Positions 38,267-48,133 of a DNA stretch of 64,000 nucleotides are shown in pieces (position 1 is the stretch's first letter; each line of letters opens with the position of its first letter). Origin of the DNA: Candidatus Hydrogenedentota bacterium (GTDB lineage: Bacteria; Hydrogenedentota; Hydrogenedentia; Hydrogenedentales; JAEUWI01). The stretch covers positions 64,001-128,000 of the forward strand of contig JAXMOL010000004.1 of NCBI GenBank assembly GCA_034669905.1. Reading direction: 5' to 3'. The position numbers and the translations under genes were made by a program. The notes beneath the pieces were generated by a model. That model saw nothing but the letters and a program-made list of their open reading frames with translations, was not told the DNA's origin and searched no databases.

Positions 38267-39640
38267 CTACGGGCGCAGGAAGCAGTTCTTTTCCAGAATC
38301 ACCTGGGGCAACCCACCGGGGCAGGTGTGGGTCGCCGCCTGGAAGATGTGCCCCGACGTCATGTGAAAGGGCAGGGCGCAGCAGACGGAGATGCCCGCGG
38401 CCCGGATAGCAATGGTGCCCGATTCACTGTCTTCAAATCCGGCCACATCACGAAATTCTTCGGGATCCAGCCCAAGTCGCCCCAGCGCAAGAGAATAGAG
38501 ATCGCGGTGGGGCTTCAAGCGCATCTCACAGGAATCGGACGCGGTGATAATCGCATCGTAATAGGTGGCCGGCGACTGAAATCGGCCTTCCACGCGCGCC
38601 GCGGTATCACCGGACAAGCCCCATGCGGAAACTCCCTCGCGAAGCTGTCGAAAAACTTCTCCCAACACGACATCAGCCTCATAGGAAATCGATGATGTTA
38701 CGAGAGCAACCTTCGCCGGCTGGGCGGCAAAGTGGCGCCCAAGTCTCGCCAACATTTCCCTGCCATGCTCCGCTTCCGGCACGGCCTGACCGTGCGAGGC
38801 CAAATGCTGGGAAAGGACGTCGTAGCACTGTGGCGCTTCGTCGCCCAGCAATCCCGATACGAGTGCCAGATATACTCCTATGCCCGGCATGGGTTGAATC
38901 AGCAGGCCGTCTGAAGGAGCCCGGACATGGTCCGGAAGGGGTGCGCCCTGGGCCGCCGCAACCGCCGACAAGAGTTCATGGTAGCGCTGATAGTAAATCT
39001 CTACGGCGGCACGGGTAAGACGGGGGAAATCATTCGCGGGGAACGCCTCTCCCATTTCCCGGGCCAAAGCCGCGATTACCCGTTTCTCGGCTTCGCCATC
39101 ATGGCGCGCGGTCTTGGTCAGGGCCTGAAAACGGCTATCCTCCGCGAGCGATGAGATACCCAGAACGGACAGCATACTCTCCAAATCCTGCACGCGGGAC
39201 GCATCCTGTGAAAAACCGAGCGTCCAGGCAGCGGCATGGACCAGTGCCTCCATGAAACACGTGGGTACAATGGTATCTGCGTAGGTCTGAAGCAAATACT
39301 CCACGTGACGCGTACTGCTGTTTCCGATGATGTGGGGGTAGTCCTGTTCCGGATCAAGCCCGGTCCAGGCCGTGTCATCCATACGTCCACTGATCCGCCC
39401 CACCATGGTTTCCAAGGCGTTGATACACAGGGGCTCTGTCGTGGTGGTGGTGCCATCCATATCCATGACCGCAGCCTTCAGGCCGTTCTCGACATGGCTC
39501 CGCCCCGGCGCCAGGGCGTAGATGTCGTAGGGCGGAAAAACATGGGAAAGATTTCGGACCACGGCGAAGTCTTCGCCCAATTCGCTCATCAGACGGGTCG
39601 CCGTCATCGCATCCGTAAATTTAGGGAGGGCAGGGGACAT
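38267..39640 (-). CDS. Large HAD-superfamily hydrolase (beta-PGM-like motifs, very large cap)
   Basis: DMDGT, LVTSS, KPHRDLY, FEDSESG..A.RAAG. Confidence 0.75.
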   Translation of the reverse strand: MSPALPKFTDAMTATRLMSELGEDFAVVRNLSHVFPPYDIYALAPGRSHVENGLKAAVMDMDGTTTTTEPLCINALETMVGRISGRMDDTAWTGLDPEQDYPHIIGNSSTRHVEYLLQTYADTIVPTCFMEALVHAAAWTLGFSQDASRVQDLESMLSVLGISSLAEDSRFQALTKTARHDGEAEKRVIAALAREMGEAFPANDFPRLTRAAVEIYYQRYHELLSAVAAAQGAPLPDHVRAPSDGLLIQPMPGIGVYLALVSGLLGDEAPQCYDVLSQHLASHGQAVPEAEHGREMLARLGRHFAAQPAKVALVTSSISYEADVVLGEVFRQLREGVSAWGLSGDTAARVEGRFQSPATYYDAIITASDSCEMRLKPHRDLYSLALGRLGLDPEEFRDVAGFEDSESGTIAIRAAGISVCCALPFHMTSGHIFQAATHTCPGGLPQVILEKNCFLRP

Positions 39641-39748
39641 TTCAGACTTTCCGGGATAAAACGGTATAGTGGAGTGTCGGCACAAGGAGCCGGGATCATA
39701 GCCGGGGGGCCGAGCGTGGTGCAACTCAACGTATGGGAAGGGATGCGG

Positions 39749-41362
39749 ATGGGTGAGTCTTTCTATTCGACACCGAAGCAATCACAGTCAGCCTGGTATC
39801 CTGAAAACGCTTCGGATACGCAGCAACTTTTCTACGAGAGCATCGCGCAGTTCGCGGAAACCGAGCTGGCGGTGGCAGAGCCTGGCCTTGTCCAGAGAGA
39901 TTATGCCCTGGCGCGACAGTGCTTTCGTCAGTGTGCCGAACTCGGGGTATTCGCCGCCGAGCTGGAGGAGGCGGATGGCGGACTGGGCTTCGGTACGGTC
40001 GATGCCACCCTGATGTGCGAGGCCCTGGGCAGGGGACACAGCCTGAACGTCGGGTTCATGGTCCATCAGGGCGTCGGGATGTTACCCGTGGCGTGTTTCG
40101 GGAGTGAGGCACAGCGGGCTCACTACCTACCTCCGGCCGCAGCGGGGGAGTGCATCATGGCCTTTGCCCTTACCGAAGCCCATTGCGGCTCCGATGCCCT
40201 GGCGCTCAGCACGACGGCTATCCCGGACGGTGACGGGTTCGTCTTGAACGGGGCCAAACAGTTCATCACCAACGGGTCCTATGCCGGGTGCTTTATTACC
40301 TTCGCGCGTATCCCGGATAGTGGAATAACGGCCTTTCTCGTCGACCGCGACACCCCCGGACTACGTATCGGGGCGGAAGAGGAAAAACTGGGACAACATG
40401 CCTCGTCGACCTGTAGTGTCTACTATGAAAACGTCCCTGTTGCGCCATCACAGGTCCTGGGGAGCCCAGGGCAGGGACACAAAATAGCCCTCAACATGTT
40501 GAATCTGGGCCGTCTTAAACTCGCGGCTGCCTGTGTGGGCAAGATGAAAGCACTGCTTCCCCTTGCCCTGGCCTATACCCGTGAGCGGGAGGCCTTTGGC
40601 CTCTCCATCATCGACTTCGGCATGGTACGTGATCGCATCTCCCGAATGGCTTCCCTATGCTTCGCCGTTGAGTCCGCCGTCTATCGCGTGGCGACCACCA
40701 TGGAAGGGGCCTTGACGAAAGCACGGGCAGAACTCGGAAGTCTTACGGGGGCGAAACGACTTGCCGTATTACAGGACTTCGCCTTTGAATGCGCGTTACT
40801 GAAGTCCCTGGCCACCGAGTCCCTGGGCACCTTTACGGACGACATGCTTCAACTGTATGGCGGCTATGGTTTCAGCGAGGAATACCCGGCCGCGAAGGCG
40901 TTCCGGGATGCCCGGGTCACCCGCCTTTACGAGGGCACCACGGAAATCTGTCGTCTCACTATGATGCAACGTTTGCTGACCGCGGCGGAATCCGAGCAAG
41001 ACGGTGACGGGGAGGAGGCATCAGACATCCAGGGACAGAAAAGGCTCGTCAGGAAGATGCTAACAAAGATTGGTCAGGGCAATGGCCCCGAGCAGCCCGT
41101 CACCGGCCCCTTGATGGCGATTTGTGAACGCATCTACGCGGCGGAAAGTGTGCTGCTGCGAAAGGAGCATACCCACGCAGCGACTGCGTACTACGTGGCA
41201 TCGGTTGTTTCCGAGAACCTGGCGGATTTCCATCGCGTCGCAGGGCACCTGGGGATGTCCGATTGGACCGAGACACTCAATGAGGCGCTCTTCCCCGGCA
41301 CAGATACGACGGCACTCCGTGACCTGCTTATTGCAGCACTCAAAGACGGCACCGCCCTATAG
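39749..41362 (+). CDS. Acyl-CoA dehydrogenase
   Basis: FALTEAHCGSDA, LNGAKQFITNG, EEKLG, LNLGRL, REAFG, QLYGGYGF, DARVTRLYEGTTEI. Confidence 0.92.
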   Translation: MGESFYSTPKQSQSAWYPENASDTQQLFYESIAQFAETELAVAEPGLVQRDYALARQCFRQCAELGVFAAELEEADGGLGFGTVDATLMCEALGRGHSLNVGFMVHQGVGMLPVACFGSEAQRAHYLPPAAAGECIMAFALTEAHCGSDALALSTTAIPDGDGFVLNGAKQFITNGSYAGCFITFARIPDSGITAFLVDRDTPGLRIGAEEEKLGQHASSTCSVYYENVPVAPSQVLGSPGQGHKIALNMLNLGRLKLAAACVGKMKALLPLALAYTREREAFGLSIIDFGMVRDRISRMASLCFAVESAVYRVATTMEGALTKARAELGSLTGAKRLAVLQDFAFECALLKSLATESLGTFTDDMLQLYGGYGFSEEYPAAKAFRDARVTRLYEGTTEICRLTMMQRLLTAAESEQDGDGEEASDIQGQKRLVRKMLTKIGQGNGPEQPVTGPLMAICERIYAAESVLLRKEHTHAATAYYVASVVSENLADFHRVAGHLGMSDWTETLNEALFPGTDTTALRDLLIAALKDGTAL

Positions 41363-42946
41363 ATAGCCCATGGTTTCCAGGCTTTCCAAAACCTCCGGTG
41401 CGATACGTCCCTCGTCCGTCGTGTCCTCCTGGTCGGAGTGCGCCCCTTCGCCCAACTGCTTCAGGGCCGCGGGTACAAAATCTCCACCGAAAGGATCGCT
41501 GTCTGTGGTCGGAGCCGCTTCCGTCCGATAGGGGGCACTTTCCCGTTGATAGCGCTCCAGCCATTCCCGTCCTGTGTCCCGCACGACCGGTAATCGCTCC
41601 ACCAGGTTCTGTGTTTCCCCCGGGTCATCTCCGAGGTGAAAGAGGGCTTCCTTCGACACGGGCGCCCAGGGTGAGAGGGCCAGGAATTCGGAGGACTTGA
41701 CGCGGTCCGCCATGACGCCTTGGAGTAACCAGTATTGCTTGCACGCCGGCGCGTCCAGCCAACGAGGGCCGGCGATGTACTTATAGTCGTCAAAAAGCAC
41801 GGCATGCAGCTGGGCCCGACTCTCAGGAAAAAGACTTGCGAAAACCGGTCCCTGTCGCGGGGTATAGGCCCAGGCATTCGGGCCGGGGGCGAGAAGATAC
41901 TGACCCGACACGGGCACCTCATAGGTCGGGTGAGGCACTTCGGTAAGGCGCAAGAGGGTGGGCATGACATCACTGATCGATACACGCTCAATCGCCGTTC
42001 CCGCCTCAATTAGCCCTGGTGCAGAAATAATCAGAGGGATACGCAGGGTCTCTTCAAAGAGGTTCCAGGCGTGGTCCGCAAAACCATGCTCGAGAAACTC
42101 TTCACCGTGGTCCGACACCAATACCACGATTGTCTTTTCCCGCAGGCCGAGCGACTCCAGGCCGTCCAGATACCGCCCGATACATTGGTCGATATAGGCG
42201 ATTTCAGCATCGTAGTGCTTTTTCAGTTCCACCAACCGGGCATCCGTGATCGCCATGCCTTGCGTAACCAGGGCGGCGGGGTGTACCTCGTCGGAAGGCA
42301 CCAATACCTCCCGGTCCAGTCCGAAGGGCGCGAGGGCCGATTCCGGTGGATTGTAGGGGGCGTGTGGGGCGTAGAAATGAAGGTACTGAAAGGTCTTTTC
42401 CCCCTGGTTTCGGTTCGCGAAATCCAGGGCCGCATCCGTCAATTCCCCGTCCAGGGCCGTCGAATTCACCTGTCCCGGGAAGAGTTCCGCTTCCTGGAAA
42501 CTGTCATAGAATCCACGAAAACGCATCACGAAAGACGTCGAAAAGATGCCCGTCTTGTATCCCGCTCCTTCGAAGCGTTTCGGAAGATTCTCCGCCTGGG
42601 GCGTTGGTCGCGACGTCCACCCGAGGCCGGTGCCATTCATCGCGGGAGGACGTCCCGTAAAGAGTGCGCTGACCGCCTCCCCGGTAAAGGTAGATGCGGA
42701 GTAGGCCTTCTCAAAACGCAGGCCCTCGGACGCCAGGGCATCGATGTGAGGGGTTTTGCCACGGGCGTACCCATAGCATCCCAGGTGGTCCGGGCGCAGG
42801 GTATCCACCAGAATCACCGCTACGTTGTATTGGTCACCCGAGAGATGGACACCAACGGTTGGAGTGTCTTGTGATTTCGTACAACCGCTCACCAGGGGCA
42901 CTGTGAGTAGGATGAAAATGAACGGAACTATGCGCAGGAGAGCCAA
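41357..42946 (-). CDS. Sulfatase/alkaline-phosphatase superfamily lipoprotein with Thr at the nucleophile position
   Basis: Lipobox LVSGC, VDTLRPDHLG.YGY, TGEAVSALFTG in place of CxPxR, PHAPY, SDHGEEF.EHG. Confidence 0.8.
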   Translation of the reverse strand: MALLRIVPFIFILLTVPLVSGCTKSQDTPTVGVHLSGDQYNVAVILVDTLRPDHLGCYGYARGKTPHIDALASEGLRFEKAYSASTFTGEAVSALFTGRPPAMNGTGLGWTSRPTPQAENLPKRFEGAGYKTGIFSTSFVMRFRGFYDSFQEAELFPGQVNSTALDGELTDAALDFANRNQGEKTFQYLHFYAPHAPYNPPESALAPFGLDREVLVPSDEVHPAALVTQGMAITDARLVELKKHYDAEIAYIDQCIGRYLDGLESLGLREKTIVVLVSDHGEEFLEHGFADHAWNLFEETLRIPLIISAPGLIEAGTAIERVSISDVMPTLLRLTEVPHPTYEVPVSGQYLLAPGPNAWAYTPRQGPVFASLFPESRAQLHAVLFDDYKYIAGPRWLDAPACKQYWLLQGVMADRVKSSEFLALSPWAPVSKEALFHLGDDPGETQNLVERLPVVRDTGREWLERYQRESAPYRTEAAPTTDSDPFGGDFVPAALKQLGEGAHSDQEDTTDEGRIAPEVLESLETMGYL

Positions 42947-42952
42947 GACATA

Positions 42953-44605
42953 TTACCTGGAGGTTGGAGTAGGGGCGTCGGGAATCCAAGGCACGGGGGA
43001 AACCCCGTCGGAAGTATAGAGCAGGATTACCTGGTCCCGCAATGGCTCCCGAAAGCGAAATGTACTTTGACGCTCTTCGCCCGTCAATATTTCGATACGA
43101 TCGTAAAAGTCCTCTTCCACCATAACGGAATAGTTGTCCATCGCCTGAAGCGTATAGGTCCATTCCGCGTGGGGCACCGGGGCGAAACGGAAGTTGTGGT
43201 CTTCTTCGAATAGCGTCGTCGCGTAAAAGACTTCCACGTGGCAAGCCGGGCAGGGCGTGTCCCCAAAATACCGGACAGCATCCTCCAGCCCGGTACGGAG
43301 AACCAGGGCACCATCGTAGGAGTCCGGCTTATTAAGCAGCACCCCCGTCTTGTCCTGCGATTGTTGTTGAATGCCGGTTGTGACTTCCCGGGCGATCTCG
43401 CCAGCCTGATACCAGCGCTGGTTGGCGCACCAGAGATTTCCACACTGGAACAGGAAGAAGAACCCAACCAATGCCCATCGAATCTTGCGCCGTGACAGGC
43501 CGCCCAGGAGCCAGGCGGCGCCGAGTGCGGCGAAGACCGAGGCGAGGTAGAGGAAGCGTTCCCCCTCGACATTGGTCCATTGGATACGTACATTGATCAC
43601 CGGCAAGAGGGCCAGCCAGAACGCCAGGTAAAGATAAAGGCCCATACGCCATGCGGGACGCTTCCACGCCAGAATCGCCCACAGGATGACATGAAGGAAG
43701 AGTGCCAGGGTGAAGAGATCTCCGAGACGACTGGCCATGGGAGTAAAATAGGCTGCCGTGCCTTCGGGCAGGGGTGGAAAATAGACACGCCACGCAAAGC
43801 GGGCCGCCGCCTGCGCGAGAAGATCCTGATGGAAGCGCAGGTGGCCCTGGGCGCCATACCCGGCGATAAAGGCACCGAGTTTCCAGTACCGAAGAAGAAA
43901 ATATCCGGCGAGAATACCCGTCGACGCCAGCCCACTGATTACCCCATAGCGCCGCGTCAACGCGAGTTCACCCCGTTGCCCCAGATGGCATACCGTAATG
44001 ACGATGAGGAAGGGGAGGGACAGGGCGGATTCCTTGCTGAGGAGGGCCAACACGAAGAAGGCTATAGAACCAACCATCGCGCGCGGTTGATTGAAACGCA
44101 GCCCATACAACACAGTACAAAGGGTCAGCAGGGAGAAGAAGGTCGCGATCAGATCGGTTCGTCCCGAAATCCACGACACGGACTCGGCATGACACGTTAG
44201 AACCAGAAAGAAAGCGCCCGCGAGTCGGGCTATCTCATGACGTCGCTTTACGTCGGGAAAAATCAGGAGCGCAAAGCACGTGACGAGTACGCTGTTCACC
44301 AGATGGAGCGTGACGTTGCTGAGATGATAGCCCAGGGGGTGGAGGCCCCAGAGATGGTACTCCAGCAGGAAGCTTCCCCCGACCAGCGGCCGCAGAAAGC
44401 CCCGCCCACTGCCGTCGGGCGCAAAGGGCAGGCGCCCCTGGATGACCGTGCCCAGATGCAAAAAATCGTCACTGCTGAAGTAGGAACGGAGGGCTGGGAA
44501 GAACAACACCCCCGCAAGGAGCGTATAGCCGCATGCCGTAAGCAACCACCAACGCGACGCAGGAAGTGTCAGAACGGTGTCATGAGCTTCTGACGGAGCA
44601 GACAC
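42953..44605 (-). CDS. GT-C-fold polytopic membrane protein (putative glycosyltransferase)
   Basis: SDDF, RP, G..PLGYH..N..LH..N, HAESVSWISGR.D, LLSKE, ERFLYL. GTG 44605 follows AAAGGAG. Confidence 0.75.
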   Translation of the reverse strand: MSAPSEAHDTVLTLPASRWWLLTACGYTLLAGVLFFPALRSYFSSDDFLHLGTVIQGRLPFAPDGSGRGFLRPLVGGSFLLEYHLWGLHPLGYHLSNVTLHLVNSVLVTCFALLIFPDVKRRHEIARLAGAFFLVLTCHAESVSWISGRTDLIATFFSLLTLCTVLYGLRFNQPRAMVGSIAFFVLALLSKESALSLPFLIVITVCHLGQRGELALTRRYGVISGLASTGILAGYFLLRYWKLGAFIAGYGAQGHLRFHQDLLAQAAARFAWRVYFPPLPEGTAAYFTPMASRLGDLFTLALFLHVILWAILAWKRPAWRMGLYLYLAFWLALLPVINVRIQWTNVEGERFLYLASVFAALGAAWLLGGLSRRKIRWALVGFFFLFQCGNLWCANQRWYQAGEIAREVTTGIQQQSQDKTGVLLNKPDSYDGALVLRTGLEDAVRYFGDTPCPACHVEVFYATTLFEEDHNFRFAPVPHAEWTYTLQAMDNYSVMVEEDFYDRIEILTGEERQSTFRFREPLRDQVILLYTSDGVSPVPWIPDAPTPTSR

Positions 44606-44709
44606 AAGACTCCTTTCCAACAGCCTACACGTTGCACAGGTAGCGCTCCATCCCGTGGAGCACGGCAAGGCATTCTAGCGCTCGCCCACCTGAAATGGCA
44701 ATGGAGCCC

Positions 44710-45864
44710 CTAGGAGGCGGATAGCACGGCGGCTTTTCCAGTACGCCGCATCTCCAGGACTTCGGAATACACCTGCTCATATTCCGTTACGATATCATCG
44801 CGTCGAAATCCTGACATGGCCCGTTGGTATCCCCGTTCACCAAGTTCCGCCGCCCGCACCGGGTCGGATAGTATCTCGACCGCACAGAGGGCCATGTGTT
44901 CAATATCGCCCACCTCACAGAGGTAGCCGGACACCCCATGCTCAATGACCTCGATAATCCCGCCGCTGGCCGTGGCAATTACGGGAACCCGGCACGCCAT
45001 GGCTTCCAGCGGCACCAACCCGAAACTTTCATGTTCACTGGGCTGAATCACCAGATCGGCGCAGGGGATAATGGACTCGATATTTTCATAGTTTCCGAGA
45101 TACTTAATGCGGTGGGAGATACCGAGTTGCTTGGCCACGCCGACGGCCGCCATGCGTTCCGGACCTTCCCCAACCATCACCAACGTGGCGTCCACATGCT
45201 CCAATACCCGATTAAAGACCCGAACCACATCGGTCACGCGCTTCACGGGGCGGAAGTTGGAAATGTGCATGATAATCTTGCTGTCACCACATCCCAGCTG
45301 ACAGGGCGTCAGCGAATTTCCGTTGAATTTTTTGTGGTCCAGGAAGTTGTAAATGGTCTTGATGGGGCGTTTCAGTTGAAATTCCCGCATCGTTTCATCA
45401 TTTAACCACTGGGATACGGCCGTCACAGCGCAACTGCGTTCCATGGCAAATTTGGTAATACGATAGAAAGAAGGGTCGCTACCGACCAAGGTGATATCCG
45501 TACCGTGGAGGGTCGTTACGATGCCGAAACGTTTCTCCACGGGGAGCATCTCCCGTGCGAAAATCGCCGCTGCCGCATTGGGAATGGCGTAGTGGGCGTG
45601 CCAGAGTTCGATGTCATGCTCTTCGGCCACTTCACAAATCTTGGTGGCAAGCGCAAGAGAATAGGGGGGCGTGCGAAACAAGGGATAGGACACCGAATCC
45701 ACGTAGTGGGAGAAGATGTTTTCCCGATACGAACTGTGGCGGTAGGGCGGCTCGGACGTGACGAAATGGACCGTATGCCCCCGTTCAGCCAATGCAAAGC
45801 CCAATTCGGTAGCCATAATGCCGCTGCCCCCGGCAGATGGATGACAGGTAATACCAATCTTCAT
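44710..45864 (-). CDS. bshA: N-acetyl-alpha-D-glucosaminyl L-malate synthase
   Basis: MKIGITCHPSAGGSG.MATELG, YPLF..PPY, HAHYAIP, TTLHGTDITLVG, HISNFRPVKRV, ESFGL..LEAM. Confidence 0.95.
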   Translation of the reverse strand: MKIGITCHPSAGGSGIMATELGFALAERGHTVHFVTSEPPYRHSSYRENIFSHYVDSVSYPLFRTPPYSLALATKICEVAEEHDIELWHAHYAIPNAAAAIFAREMLPVEKRFGIVTTLHGTDITLVGSDPSFYRITKFAMERSCAVTAVSQWLNDETMREFQLKRPIKTIYNFLDHKKFNGNSLTPCQLGCGDSKIIMHISNFRPVKRVTDVVRVFNRVLEHVDATLVMVGEGPERMAAVGVAKQLGISHRIKYLGNYENIESIIPCADLVIQPSEHESFGLVPLEAMACRVPVIATASGGIIEVIEHGVSGYLCEVGDIEHMALCAVEILSDPVRAAELGERGYQRAMSGFRRDDIVTEYEQVYSEVLEMRRTGKAAVLSAS

Positions 45865-46577
45865 GACGGTTCCTCCAGTTCAGGCGGAAGATTCATCGCA
45901 AGGGGTAGTGTGCCATAGAGCGGCTCCCCGTAGCGAACGCCAATCGTGTTGCCCCAATAGGCGGCACGGGTTGCGATGGCATCCCAAAACTGCGACGAAG
46001 CGACCAGGGTTTCCGGTCCGTCGTAATCGACGTTGTGAAACTGCGAACGAAAGGCCCGCAGGGCTGCTATTTTTTGCTCAAAGAACGCCGTGATGTCGAC
46101 CACATGAGTCGGCGTAGTCGTCCCTTCGAAATAGGCCGAATAACCATACAGCGTTCTTGCCCGCCAGGCTGGGGACTCGGTCTTCAGACCGTGAACGCCC
46201 GAAAAGAAATGGGCATCTTTCACCAGATCATGGGCCGCCTCGTGATCGGGATGGCGATCCGGGCGCATAGGGCCCAGAATTATCTTTGGCCGCAGCTGAC
46301 GAATAATCTCAACCACCACGCACCGCTGTTCGGTGGTGTTGGCAATACCCCCGTCAGGCAAACGGGCATTGAGCCGGGTCGTCAGTCCCAGAAGACGGGC
46401 ACTTTCGGCCGCCTCGATTTCGCGCTCGGCCACCGTGCCCCGGGAACCCAGTTCACCCTGGGTCAGATCGAGAATGGCGGTCCTCTTGCCGGCCTGGGCG
46501 AGTTTGCACAACAATCCCCCTACGCCGAGATCCGCGTCGTCGGGGTGGGCGCCAATGGCCAATACATCCATGCTCAC
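45861..46577 (-). CDS. bshB1: Bacillithiol biosynthesis deacetylase
   Basis: AIGAHPDD, DLTQGELGSRGT...R, DRHPDH, SQFH. Stop overlaps the bshA start (ATGA). Confidence 0.92.
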   Translation of the reverse strand: MSMDVLAIGAHPDDADLGVGGLLCKLAQAGKRTAILDLTQGELGSRGTVAEREIEAAESARLLGLTTRLNARLPDGGIANTTEQRCVVVEIIRQLRPKIILGPMRPDRHPDHEAAHDLVKDAHFFSGVHGLKTESPAWRARTLYGYSAYFEGTTTPTHVVDITAFFEQKIAALRAFRSQFHNVDYDGPETLVASSQFWDAIATRAAYWGNTIGVRYGEPLYGTLPLAMNLPPELEEPS

Positions 46578-48133
46578 AGTTCCACCTCCTGCAACTCATG
46601 ATTGGAGGCATCCAATTCCTGCATAAGCCGGGGGATAAGGTCCCACCCGTACTGGAACAACCAGGAGAAGAGGGTGTAGTAGCGTTCCTGGGGCTTTCGC
46701 TCTGGGGCCAGCTCCGTGCTGAGTCGGGTCAATTGATTGCGAACCGTTTCCGTTCGATTGGCATCGGCGCGAAGTAGATTGCGTTCGAGGTGGTCGAGGG
46801 ACTGGTGAACATTCGTCGAAAATTGCTCGGCCATATCAGCAGCGCCCCGACCTTTCTTTCCAAGTTTCTTGAAGTCGGCGGAGAGTCCACGTAGCGACGC
46901 CTCGATTTCCGTACGGCGTTCCGCCAGCAATGCCAAACTCGGGTCCTGGCTGCCGCTTCGAAGGGCCTGCTCTTCCAGTTCGTTGAGTGGTGCCCCGAGA
47001 TCGGCAGGTTTCAGGCCGTATTTATTGAGCAGCTTGTTCGTTTTCAACGTGGTCAGGACGGCCCGAATTCGGGGATAGACGATGGGCATCGGGGTGTCAA
47101 AAGCATCAAATACGCCCCGCAATTGGCCCCAATAGGCCAATTCACCGGGGCCGGCGATATAAGCGCGCACCGGGAAAAGGTGCTGCTGAACCACACAGCG
47201 GAGGGCCACATTCGCCGTGAAGGCCATGGGGTCACGGTGCAGCCAGGCCTTCATTTCTGTCGGACTGAAGCGTTCCCCGGTATCGGGAAGGAGGAAAGCA
47301 CCCTCCACGAAGTGGACGCGACAGCGCCGATTCTTGTGTTCGATAAAGAAATTGCAACTCACATCGTCTTTGACCACCTGCGCACCATAGCCCGCCTGTG
47401 CGAGCGCCTCACCGCCCACGTTCAGCCGGGCCGTACTGACCAGGGGATGGGTGATCTCATGCTCGAAAACGGGTAGCGCGGCGCGCCGTGCGGCTTCGAG
47501 CTCGGGCGTAAATAGCACCAGGGGCGTATCTCGGAAAAGCCGGGCCATCAGGCGTGCGTGCCACTCAGAGAGATTGTCCGCTGCCTCTACGCTCTCGTGA
47601 AGAAAGCTGGCAATCTCGGCAGAAAACTCCGAGCCAGGGGCCTCCACCGCTGCCGTTTCGATGAGCCCATGCAACGATTCGCGAACAGGAAGCCGGAAGA
47701 TTGAAAGGGCGGGCTGATCGGCCGCCGCCTCCAGGGACAATGGCACGGCGCGGTGCTGCTTGTTGAGCAAATGAACCCGACTGATCTCATCAAAATCATG
47801 GTCGTCGCCACCCACCCAATAGACGGGCACAAAGCTGTCCGCTTCCGCGGCGTTGGCCTTCTCTGCGAGCTTCAGGGCCGTAATAGCCTTGTAAATCGTG
47901 TAGAGCGGCCCCGTAAAAATGCCCGGTTGCTGGCCCGTAATAAAAACACCGCCCTGGCCGTTGACTGATTTGGGCGCTCCGAGTCGCGCTTGATAGGCAC
48001 GAAGATCGGCGAGCAGGGCCTCGTCCCAGGCCGCCGGAGGGATAGGGTGCTCAAAAACCTTCGCCGGGTGATCGGCATAGTGTTCCAGCAGCGCCGCCTG
48101 GCCATCAATATAATCACGGAGTAAGTCAGCCAT
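46574..48133 (-). CDS. bshC: Bacillithiol biosynthesis cysteine-adding enzyme
   Basis: TGQQPGIFTGPLYTIYKA, VPVYWVGGDDHDFDEI, NVALR...Q, YIAGPGELAYWGQL, PQER. Confidence 0.95.
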   Translation of the reverse strand: MADLLRDYIDGQAALLEHYADHPAKVFEHPIPPAAWDEALLADLRAYQARLGAPKSVNGQGGVFITGQQPGIFTGPLYTIYKAITALKLAEKANAAEADSFVPVYWVGGDDHDFDEISRVHLLNKQHRAVPLSLEAAADQPALSIFRLPVRESLHGLIETAAVEAPGSEFSAEIASFLHESVEAADNLSEWHARLMARLFRDTPLVLFTPELEAARRAALPVFEHEITHPLVSTARLNVGGEALAQAGYGAQVVKDDVSCNFFIEHKNRRCRVHFVEGAFLLPDTGERFSPTEMKAWLHRDPMAFTANVALRCVVQQHLFPVRAYIAGPGELAYWGQLRGVFDAFDTPMPIVYPRIRAVLTTLKTNKLLNKYGLKPADLGAPLNELEEQALRSGSQDPSLALLAERRTEIEASLRGLSADFKKLGKKGRGAADMAEQFSTNVHQSLDHLERNLLRADANRTETVRNQLTRLSTELAPERKPQERYYTLFSWLFQYGWDLIPRLMQELDASNHELQEVEL

